Below, one piece after another: positions 36,609 through 43,876 of a stretch of DNA of 47,517 nucleotides. Position numbers and translations under genes: made by a program. Under the pieces are notes generated by a model that saw nothing but the letters and a program-made list of their open reading frames with translations, was not told the DNA's origin and did not search any database. This DNA comes from Crocinitomicaceae bacterium (GTDB taxonomy: Bacteria; Bacteroidota; Bacteroidia; Flavobacteriales_D; Crocinitomicaceae). Where the stretch lies: positions 1-47,517 of the forward strand of contig JBILCD010000001.1 of assembly GCA_044353285.1 (NCBI GenBank), written 5' to 3'. The stretch's first letter is position 1. Every line of letters starts with the position of its first letter.

Positions 36609-38948
36609 TTATAACTTAATAATTCTAACCGTTTTAATGCCACTTTGATTGTAAGCATTAACAAAGTAAATGCCCTGAGGAACACTTAGTTCAATAGATA
36701 CTTCCTTTTGACTGTTAACAACTGTTTGATGAACCAATCGACCACCCATATCCGTGATAGATATATCTCCAGTGAATGCGGCCTCAAAGGTAATATTTAC
36801 TTGATTCACTACAGGATTTGGAAGTACAGTAAAGGGCGCTGAAGACAACTCTTCCATTCCGACATTTGCGATCGTAATGCAGTTGGAGGTGTCAGAACAA
36901 CCATTGCTATTTGTACTTATTACCGCATAACTGCCATTTTGACTAGCAGTAAAAGATGAACTGTTGGCTCCGGGAAATGCTGAGCCCGTAGTGCAATTTA
37001 TCCACTGATAAGTTAAACCGGTATTGGCTGAGCTAAGTAAGAGAAGTGAATTATTAGGGCTCACTGAAATAACATTAGCCAATTGCTCGATGGTTAAATT
37101 AAGAGTAACAATACTATCACATCCCTGTGCATTGGTATAGGTTGCAAGGTAGCTACCCGCCTGTGTATAAACTTGTCCATTAAACGAAAACTGAGCTCCC
37201 TGACAGATGGTTTCGTTCAAATTCGTTTCTTGGATAGCACATCCAATATAAACAAAATTAGTATATATTGTATTGGACAAGGTGTCCACCTGAGCAGAAA
37301 TCGTAGAATAACCAGCCGCTCCGCTAACAAAAGAAGATGGATTAGTACTAGAAACCGTAGCTAATATGGGCGTATTAAATCCCCACGATACCGAGGATGC
37401 GCCCAAAGCCTCGACTTGCATGCTGGCGTTCGAACAAAGAGCATATGCACAATGTATCACCGGTTGAGCTTGTAAATTAAAGTTTGCATTTTGAACCAGT
37501 AAAGTGTCTCCGCTAGCCATATAAACTGGCAAACTTATACCATTAGCACCATCACCGCCCTTTCCGCCTGCGCCGCCTGCACCGCCTGCACCGCCAGCAC
37601 CACCATCACCAATTTCACTACTGCATGCCGCTTGAATACCCGCTCCACTGCCTCCGTTTCCGCCCAAACCACCGTTTCCACCCACTCCACCTGATCCTAA
37701 GTTTCCTGCTTGAACGAAACAATCAACCATACTTCCATTGGGGCCATTAACATTGATGTAAATTCCAAAGGAAGAACCTCCTCCGTAACCGCCCGTTCCA
37801 CTAGTTCCACCCTGACCTCCGCCGCCGCCTCCAGACCCACCATTTCCTGGGCCGTTATCACACAAACTACAAGTCTGTCGACCACCGCCACCACCGCCAC
37901 CACCGCCAGATCCACCACAACCGTCTAAGCCTGTTGCGCCTTGATTGCCCGGTATCCAAAAACCACCAGAATGTTGACCTTGAGATCCATTAGCGCCTTG
38001 AGCTCCAACTAAACCAGACAAACCGTTACCGCCACTGGTTCCATTTCCTCCAGGATCGCCGTCATTTCCCTTAATGCCTGAAGTGCCTCCATTGTTACAA
38101 GCAGAAGCGCCACCCAAACCACCATTTCCGGCGTTATTTGAATAACATTCGTCTCCACCCGCGCCGCCGCCGCCACCGCCGCCACCATTTCTAGCAGTTC
38201 CGACTGATCCGGCAGCACCCGGGTTTTGCGCGTTATTTTGATTCGGGCCACCTGAACCACCCACAACTCCACTTGCGCCTACGCCACCTAAGCCTCCACT
38301 TGCCCCGGCATTACCATTTCCGAAAGTACACGAGCCACCATCACACGAACCAGAATTTCCCAATGATCCATTGTTGCCATTGGCCCCTGCGACTCCATTT
38401 GTACCTGAAAACCCAGCGCTTGCGTGACCAGCAATAAATTGACAACGAACCAAATTATAAGCAGAACAGCTGTCCATGTAAAGCGCATAAGTGCTCACAC
38501 CAAAAGGTGCATTTGCGTTTGATGCGGCTGCACTCTGGGTTTGAATGGTTAAATCTTGAAATCGAAAACCTGTATTGCTCACTAATTCCACTGCAGAAAT
38601 TCGCGGACTGTTCGCTGGTCCTGAGGGGTTTGTATTGCTTCGATAAATCGTTGTGGCTCCAGCTAAACTGGTTTTTGTCCAAGCAAGCGTGTCTATAAAT
38701 CCACCTTCAATCACTACGTTTTGGCCCGCTAAGGATAAGGGTGCGCTTATAAAGTACGTTCCAATTGCGATTCTAATATAGCTTCCCGAAGAGGCCGTTG
38801 TAAAGGCGGTAACCAAATCCATAGGGTCATTCATGGTTCCAATCGAAGTTGCTTGTCCTGCTGGTGTTACATATAGTATTTGACATTGCGAAAAAGCAAT
38901 GTTATTAACCAATACAGCAAAAATTATGTATAGTAATCCTTTTTTCAT
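36609..38948 (-). CDS. secreted glycine-rich protein with an N-terminal beta-helix-like cap, Cys-bracketed polyglycine runs, Cys-containing adhesin-like modules and a T9SS type-A C-terminal sorting domain
   Basis: The signal peptide is MKKGLLYIIFAVLVNNIAFSQ. ILYVTPAGQ...GTMNDPMDL...SGSYIRIAIGTY resembles a DUF1565/pectate-lyase-fold N-terminus. In aa 171-470, 125 of 300 residues are Gly by hand count, with G8, G9 and G6 runs. The C-terminus fits the T9SS CTD pattern. Confidence 0.75.
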   Translation of the reverse strand: MKKGLLYIIFAVLVNNIAFSQCQILYVTPAGQATSIGTMNDPMDLVTAFTTASSGSYIRIAIGTYFISAPLSLAGQNVVIEGGFIDTLAWTKTSLAGATTIYRSNTNPSGPANSPRISAVELVSNTGFRFQDLTIQTQSAAASNANAPFGVSTYALYMDSCSAYNLVRCQFIAGHASAGFSGTNGVAGANGNNGSLGNSGSCDGGSCTFGNGNAGASGGLGGVGASGVVGGSGGPNQNNAQNPGAAGSVGTARNGGGGGGGGAGGDECYSNNAGNGGLGGASACNNGGTSGIKGNDGDPGGNGTSGGNGLSGLVGAQGANGSQGQHSGGFWIPGNQGATGLDGCGGSGGGGGGGGGRQTCSLCDNGPGNGGSGGGGGGQGGTSGTGGYGGGSSFGIYINVNGPNGSMVDCFVQAGNLGSGGVGGNGGLGGNGGSGAGIQAACSSEIGDGGAGGAGGAGGAGGKGGDGANGISLPVYMASGDTLLVQNANFNLQAQPVIHCAYALCSNASMQVEALGASSVSWGFNTPILATVSSTNPSSFVSGAAGYSTISAQVDTLSNTIYTNFVYIGCAIQETNLNETICQGAQFSFNGQVYTQAGSYLATYTNAQGCDSIVTLNLTIEQLANVISVSPNNSLLLLSSANTGLTYQWINCTTGSAFPGANSSSFTASQNGSYAVISTNSNGCSDTSNCITIANVGMEELSSAPFTVLPNPVVNQVNITFEAAFTGDISITDMGGRLVHQTVVNSQKEVSIELSVPQGIYFVNAYNQSGIKTVRIIKL
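36612..36839 (-). other. T9SS type-A C-terminal sorting domain (last ~76 aa)
   Basis: FTVLPNPVVNQVNITF...ISITDMGGRLVH...VPQGIYFVNAYNQSGIKTVRIIKL matches the PNP...I.D..Gr.V......GiY......g....k.iK pattern of Por secretion-tail domains. Confidence 0.75.
37539..38426 (-). repeat. GC-rich low-complexity block of glycine codons with near-perfect (GGN)n / (GGN-GCN)n tracts
   Basis: Plus-strand tracts: about 37548-37608 (ccgcctgcgccgcctgcaccgcctgcaccgccagcaccacc), 37881-37917 (accaccgccaccaccgccaccaccgccagatccaccaca) and about 38154-38188 (ccacccgcgccgccgccgccaccgccgccacc). These contrast sharply with the AT-rich flanks. Confidence 0.85.
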
Positions 38949-38985
38949 ATCCGTAAATTTTCAATAAATATACACAATAAATGTA

Positions 38986-39672
38986 TTATTCTGCATTGAT
39001 AATTTCATGCAGCCAACCATCCACCGTCCTTGCATCATCTATGGAGCAAGCCCCTGATTTTGTTCTTCTTAAGGTCGTTAAAGTTGCGCCAGCGCCTAAT
39101 TTCTTTCCAAAATCATGGGCAATGGATCGAATATAGGTTCCTTTTGAGCAACTAATAGAAAAAGCTATCTGTGGAAATGTTGAAGCGTCTATTGAAAAAT
39201 GCTTGATGTTTATTTTATTAGGCTTTAATACCAGCTCTTTTCCTTCGCGGGCATAATCGTAAGCGCGTTTTCCGTTGATTTTTTTGGCTGAAAAGATCGG
39301 CGGAATTTGTTCTTGCTCCCCTAAAAATGTTTGCCTAACCAATTCTAATGCATCTAAACTGATAGAAGACACATCGAACTCTTGGTCAAATTCTGTTTCT
39401 AAGTCATATGAAGGTGTTGATTTTCCAAGCAGAATGATTCCTGTGTATTCTTTGTCCTGGCCAATTAAATCATCGATTAACTTGGTGTTTTTTCCCGTGC
39501 AAATAATTAATAGGCCCGTGGCTAATGGATCAAGAGTGCCCGCATGGCCTACTTTAATGTTTTTTATCTTTAGCTTTTGTTTTATATTCCACCGGATTTT
39601 ATTCACAACATCGAAAGACGTCCATCCTATAGGTTTGTCAATCAATAATGTTTCGCCCGAGATAAAATCCAT
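38986..39672 (-). CDS. truB: tRNA pseudouridine(55) synthase
   Basis: LLIDKPIGWTSFDVV and the catalytic Asp motif GHAGTLDPLATGLL are present. I prefer ATG 39672, 1 nt after the uppP stop, over ORF-track start 39708. Confidence 0.93.
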   Translation of the reverse strand: MDFISGETLLIDKPIGWTSFDVVNKIRWNIKQKLKIKNIKVGHAGTLDPLATGLLIICTGKNTKLIDDLIGQDKEYTGIILLGKSTPSYDLETEFDQEFDVSSISLDALELVRQTFLGEQEQIPPIFSAKKINGKRAYDYAREGKELVLKPNKINIKHFSIDASTFPQIAFSISCSKGTYIRSIAHDFGKKLGAGATLTTLRRTKSGACSIDDARTVDGWLHEIINAE

Positions 39673-39673
39673 G

Positions 39674-40483
39674 TTAGCGCAGAAAATAAATAAGCAGTGA
39701 ACAGCCAATTAGTACCCTGTACCATCCCCAAACTTTAAAGCCATACTTGTGTAAAAATCCCAAGAAAAACTTAATGGCTAGTGCTGCAATTAAAAATGCG
39801 ATGATATTGCCTACTATAAAAAATTGGGTGTTTTGTGGTGAAGATAAAATCATATCGATGCCAGTTTGATGAGTTCCTTTATACGTCCAATCTTTTAAAA
39901 ATAGAGAATAGCACGTGACGGCAAACATCGTGGGTACCGCTAGAAAAAAACTAAATTCTGCTGCCGCCTTGCGCGAAAGTCCTTGCTGCATCCCGCCAAT
40001 TATAGACGCGGCCGAACGACTCGTTCCCGGCATCATGGCCAAGCATTGCCAAAAACCAATTTTAACTGCACTCAGCTTTGAAATACTATCAACCGAATCC
40101 AATCGTGGCTGATTAAAGAGGCGATCTATAAAAAGGAGAACCACGCCACCTAAAATTAACATTAAAGCAATCGGTATTGGCTTCTCTAGAACGGCCTCTA
40201 TTTTATCGTCGAAAAGTTTTCCCAGTACTAGGGCGGGGATAACACCAATAATCAATTTTAAATAAAATTGCGGAGAACTAAAATTAAAAAATCGACGCCA
40301 GTACAAGGATACAACGGCTAAAATTGCACCAAACTGAATAGACACTTGAAACATTTTCACAAATTCATCGCTTTCAATTCCAAAGATAGAACTCGCGAAA
40401 ATCATGTGTGCGGTGCTGGAAACGGGTAAGAATTCCGTTATTCCCTCTATGATCGCTAAAATAATCGCTTCACTTAGTGTCAT
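39674..40483 (-). CDS. uppP: undecaprenyl-diphosphate phosphatase
   Basis: EGITEFLPVSSTAH and PGTSRSAASI are BacA/UppP signature motifs. The protein is polytopic and 269 aa long. Confidence 0.93.
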   Translation of the reverse strand: MTLSEAIILAIIEGITEFLPVSSTAHMIFASSIFGIESDEFVKMFQVSIQFGAILAVVSLYWRRFFNFSSPQFYLKLIIGVIPALVLGKLFDDKIEAVLEKPIPIALMLILGGVVLLFIDRLFNQPRLDSVDSISKLSAVKIGFWQCLAMMPGTSRSAASIIGGMQQGLSRKAAAEFSFFLAVPTMFAVTCYSLFLKDWTYKGTHQTGIDMILSSPQNTQFFIVGNIIAFLIAALAIKFFLGFLHKYGFKVWGWYRVLIGCSLLIYFLR

Positions 40484-40492
40484 GGAGCCGAC

Positions 40493-40855
40493 TTACTTTT
40501 TTGACTTTTTAGAGTAGGTGTGTTTTGGTGTTGTATTGGGCTCTACGGGTGTTTGAACCTGTATTTTTTCGGGTGTTTTGTGCGCTTGCAGGACATCTAC
40601 ATTAACACCTTTGTCTACCGGTGCTTTTTCTTTTTTCATGATAGAATAAAGTATTACAATGTAGCCCGCTATAATTAACATTGGAGCGATTGTAATTCTC
40701 ACCGTACTAAATAATTCGTTTGCGTTGAACTTATTAAGATCATCCGACCCTCCTCCAATCATTAATAAAAACCCTAAAATATTAATCCCTAAGCCTATTA
40801 AAAGGATTTTGTAGTTCTTCGGCTGAAAACCAATGTGTTTTATCGGACTATTCAT
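40493..40855 (-). CDS. DUF3098-like small membrane protein
   Basis: Two hydrophobic helices are present (KNYKILLIGLGINILGFLLMIGGG ... ITIAPMLIIAGYIVILYSIM). It occupies the conserved Bacteroidota position between ftsX and uppP. Confidence 0.5.
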   Translation of the reverse strand: MNSPIKHIGFQPKNYKILLIGLGINILGFLLMIGGGSDDLNKFNANELFSTVRITIAPMLIIAGYIVILYSIMKKEKAPVDKGVNVDVLQAHKTPEKIQVQTPVEPNTTPKHTYSKKSKK

Positions 40856-40860
40856 TTTAT

Positions 40861-41745
40861 TTAATATAAATCATCTAATTTAATACGAAGATACTTGTTT
40901 AATGCAAACCAAGTTGATATCAAGGTAATAAAAATTCCTAGTGACATTTGGAAAGCAATAATAATCACTAATAACTTCCATGAAAAGACAATTTCAATAG
41001 CGTCTAAAATATTATTTAAACCGTAAGAAACAGATATAAGCAAGCCAAAAGCTAGGAGGGATGCTATGAAGCCTTGCAGGGCAGCTTGGAATAGGTAAGG
41101 TCGGCGAATATACCCCCTTGTTGCGCCCACCAAAGTCATCGTTTTTATTGTAAATCTTTTAGAATATAAAGACATTCTAATGGTGTTGTTTATCATCGCA
41201 ACGGCAATAATAATTAATAATAGGGCTAAAAATAAAAACAGGAGAATAAATTGCTGAAAACCAGAATTTACATTTTCTACACTTGATTCATCATAATTAA
41301 CCTCTATTATTTGTTGAGGATACGATTTTAAGAGTTTCTGTTTAATGTTTTTCATGCCAGTTTTATTGGCAAATTTCTCATTTGGAGAGAAGCAAAGTGA
41401 TGGAGGAATTGGATTTTCTCCATCAAAAAGCTGTTTAATGTCTTCCTTTCCGACATCTCCAAATTCTTGCAAGGCTCTTTCAGATGAAACGAACCAAATC
41501 TTTTTAAATTCTGGCCAAGATTTTAACGATAACTCTACTTGTTTTATGCTGGCATCATTCATTTCAGCATTAAAAAAAACATCTCCTTGCAGACTTTCTT
41601 TTGCCTGTATTTGGGCCGTATTTATTCCGATGGCACCTGCAAAAATAATCCCAATTACAAATAAGACAAGGGACATCCCAACGGTTGTTGAAACATAGCT
41701 TGTTCTAACGCCTCTTTTTGTGAACTTTTCAATTGATTTTGACAT
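40861..41745 (-). CDS. ftsX: cell division protein FtsX-like permease
   Basis: The topology is that of FtsX: an N-terminal TM helix, a periplasmic domain, then three C-terminal TM helices. A TLVGATRGYIRRPYL motif is also present. Confidence 0.85.
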   Translation of the reverse strand: MSKSIEKFTKRGVRTSYVSTTVGMSLVLFVIGIIFAGAIGINTAQIQAKESLQGDVFFNAEMNDASIKQVELSLKSWPEFKKIWFVSSERALQEFGDVGKEDIKQLFDGENPIPPSLCFSPNEKFANKTGMKNIKQKLLKSYPQQIIEVNYDESSVENVNSGFQQFILLFLFLALLLIIIAVAMINNTIRMSLYSKRFTIKTMTLVGATRGYIRRPYLFQAALQGFIASLLAFGLLISVSYGLNNILDAIEIVFSWKLLVIIIAFQMSLGIFITLISTWFALNKYLRIKLDDLY

Positions 41746-41749
41746 GCTT

Positions 41750-41757
41750 CAAAAGTA
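41750..41757 (-). promoter_or_regulatory. -7 promoter box TACTTTTG (minus strand), 4 nt upstream of the ftsX ATG (leaderless candidate)
   Basis: Plus-strand CAAAAGTA is the reverse complement of TAnnTTTG. Confidence 0.35.
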
Positions 41758-41828
41758 TTTAAAAAACCTTTGTGATACCTAAATAACTTAATGAGTAATC
41801 AACGTTGAATTGTGTGTTATTTAATTCT

Positions 41829-43745
41829 TCACGTGGCCTCAACCCAATCACCATGCTCTTTAATTAAATCAATTAATGCTTGTACCGCTTCTGATTCGTT
41901 AATGTTTTTTCGGACAACCGTCTTTTCTTTATATAAATGAATCTTTCCTGGTCCCGTTCCCACATAACCATAATCTGCATCCGCCATTTCTCCAGGGCCA
42001 TTTACAATACAGCCCATTATTCCAATTTTTAAGCCCTTTAAATGTGCTGTTCTAGCACGTATTTTTGCGGTTGTTTCTTGCAGATCGAAAAGGGTCCTTC
42101 CACAAGAAGGACATGAAATGTATTCTGTTTTTGAAATTCTTGTTCGTGTCGCTTGTAAAATTCCGAATGCCGTAGAATTGACAAACGTTTGTGCTTGTGT
42201 GGCAGATATCCATAGACCATCGCCAAAACCATCAATAAGTGATGATCCTAAGTCGCTTGATACGCCGATTTGAAATGTCTCTTGGTCTGATTCTTCCGAT
42301 TCAATGAATAGAATTATGGGTGCTTTTATGTCTAATTTCGCAATATTACAATATAAGTTGCGGAAAAAGTGTGTGTTCTGAACAGCAACACCCTTTGCAA
42401 CAAGCACCAAATTAGGGTAATCTACAATCGCTTCACTTAGTTCGCTTGAGCTTGTAATAAAACAAAACGCCCGTTGATTTTGGGGTAATTCTAACAGATT
42501 TTTAACTGTAATTACGGGATAAAACCCTTCCTTGCTGTAATAATTTTTTTTCCAATTTTCTAAAGAACACAAGGCCCCCAATGTTCCAGGTAGTTCAAAA
42601 CTCAGGGTGTTTTCTCCAATATATACATAATCAGCCGCCTGATCCTGCAAATGCCACTTATCTAATTGAATAGAATAATTATATCCAATGGCGTAAAGAT
42701 TTGCGGGGGTAATTATTCCTTTTTTAGAAAAATCAGCTATTACAACGGGTACATTTTTACCTCCGATATTGTGGACCGTTTTACTTTCTCTTCTATTATA
42801 TTCAAATGGGCTATATGGAAGGTTATTGAATGGTGTGTTTATGCTTGTTGACGATTGGGAATAGTAGTCTACTAATTTCTGAGCTACAGGAATTTCGTGC
42901 TCTGGTTCTTCGGTTAATGATACGCGAATGGTGTCCCCAATGCCATCAGCCAAAAGAGCCCCAATACCAACGGCAGATTTAATTCTTCCGTCTTCTCCGT
43001 CCCCAGCTTCTGTAACGCCTAAATGCAGTGGGTAATACCTATTATTCTTTATCATTTCTGAACACAACAATCGATAGGCCTGAACCATAACAAGAGTATT
43101 ACTTGCTTTCATCGAAACAACAAGTTGATGAAAATTGTTTTTTTCGCAGATACGTATAAACTCCATTGCGGACTCCACCATTCCTTGTGGTGTATCACCA
43201 TAACGACTTAATATTCTGTCAGAAAGAGATCCATGGTTGGTTCCAATGCGCATTGCTGTACCGTGTTTTTTACACAATAGAACTAGCGGTGTGAATTTCT
43301 CTTCGATCCGGTTCAATTCATCATTATAGGTGTGGTCGGTATAATTAATTTCTTCAAATTTCTTTTTATCAGCATAATTACCTGGATTTACCCTCACCTT
43401 TTCTACAATTGTTGCCGCAATCTCTGCCGCATTTGGTGTAAAATGAATGTCTGCTACCAATGGCGCAGAATAACCCGCTTCCCTTAACCGTTTCTTTATT
43501 TCTCTTAGATTTTCCGCCTCTTTCTTGCTTGGAGCAGTAAGTCTAACTATTTCGCAACCCGCCGTAATCATACGAATAGATTGGGCAACAGATAAATCAG
43601 TATTCATAGTGTCTGAAGTGGTCATCGATTGAATGCAAATGGGGTTTTCTCCTCCCATTTGTATATTGCCGACCACAACCTCCCTAGTTGGAAGACGTTT
43701 CCTTTCAAACAAATCTACACAATACTTTATATCTTCAACAAACAT
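41829..43745 (-). CDS. ispG: 4-hydroxy-3-methylbut-2-en-1-yl diphosphate synthase, long form with inserted domain
   Basis: The N-terminal TIM-barrel motifs are IQSMT and VRLT. The C-terminal 4Fe-4S motif is SCPSCGRT...GCIVNGPGE. The 638 aa length reflects a central insertion of about 270 aa, as in the Bacteroidota/Chlamydia/plant-type enzyme. Confidence 0.93.
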   Translation of the reverse strand: MFVEDIKYCVDLFERKRLPTREVVVGNIQMGGENPICIQSMTTSDTMNTDLSVAQSIRMITAGCEIVRLTAPSKKEAENLREIKKRLREAGYSAPLVADIHFTPNAAEIAATIVEKVRVNPGNYADKKKFEEINYTDHTYNDELNRIEEKFTPLVLLCKKHGTAMRIGTNHGSLSDRILSRYGDTPQGMVESAMEFIRICEKNNFHQLVVSMKASNTLVMVQAYRLLCSEMIKNNRYYPLHLGVTEAGDGEDGRIKSAVGIGALLADGIGDTIRVSLTEEPEHEIPVAQKLVDYYSQSSTSINTPFNNLPYSPFEYNRRESKTVHNIGGKNVPVVIADFSKKGIITPANLYAIGYNYSIQLDKWHLQDQAADYVYIGENTLSFELPGTLGALCSLENWKKNYYSKEGFYPVITVKNLLELPQNQRAFCFITSSSELSEAIVDYPNLVLVAKGVAVQNTHFFRNLYCNIAKLDIKAPIILFIESEESDQETFQIGVSSDLGSSLIDGFGDGLWISATQAQTFVNSTAFGILQATRTRISKTEYISCPSCGRTLFDLQETTAKIRARTAHLKGLKIGIMGCIVNGPGEMADADYGYVGTGPGKIHLYKEKTVVRKNINESEAVQALIDLIKEHGDWVEAT

Positions 43746-43768
43746 CGTTTTTTACTTAATCGTTGTGA

Positions 43769-43776
43769 CAAAGTTA
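43769..43776 (-). promoter_or_regulatory. -7 promoter box TAACTTTG (minus strand) for ispG
   Basis: Plus-strand CAAAGTTA lies 23 nt upstream of the ispG ATG (43745). Confidence 0.45.
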
Positions 43777-43876
43777 GTCAATACTTTATTCATTTTACAT
43801 GTATTTTGTGTTCGAATAACCTATGATTTTTATTGTTATTGTTGGAATAGAATCCTTATTGCTACTGTATATTAAA

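Noticed and set aside
37973-38414. Collagen-like G-X-Y periodicity: 13 consecutive triplets at aa 288-326 (GTS GIK GND GDP GGN ... GSQ GQH) and 8 at aa 179-202.
   Set aside because: The runs are short, poor in Pro and charged residues, and interrupted by Cys and poly-Gly runs that break the triplet register. That is not enough to call a collagen triple helix. I kept it only as part of the glycine-rich description.
37697-38488. Four ORF-track entries inside the glycine-rich gene: 37697-37918 (-), 37710-37928 (+), 38009-38272 (-), 38288-38488 (-).
   Set aside because: They lie in other frames or on the other strand of the GC-rich (GGN)n block, where stop codons are rare by composition. Their translations are low-complexity (V/A/T/E runs) with no motifs. 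The 779-aa frame has a signal peptide, domain logic and a T9SS CTD.
39275-39700. Long antisense ORFs inside conserved genes: 39275-39700 (+, in truB), 41345-41698 (+, in ftsX), 10216-10590 (-, in rpoN), 24496-24756 (-, in fabF), 27100-27417 (+, in sdhB), 21768-22061 (+, alternate frame in kynU), 2924-3217 (-), 287-475 (+).
   Set aside because: Each is fully embedded in a gene with strong family motifs on the other strand or frame. None shows a recognisable motif, signal or promoter box.
41829-43745. The ~270-aa insertion in IspG as a novel domain.
   Set aside because: This is the known long-form IspG architecture shared by Bacteroidota, Chlamydiae and plastid enzymes, so it is not novel.
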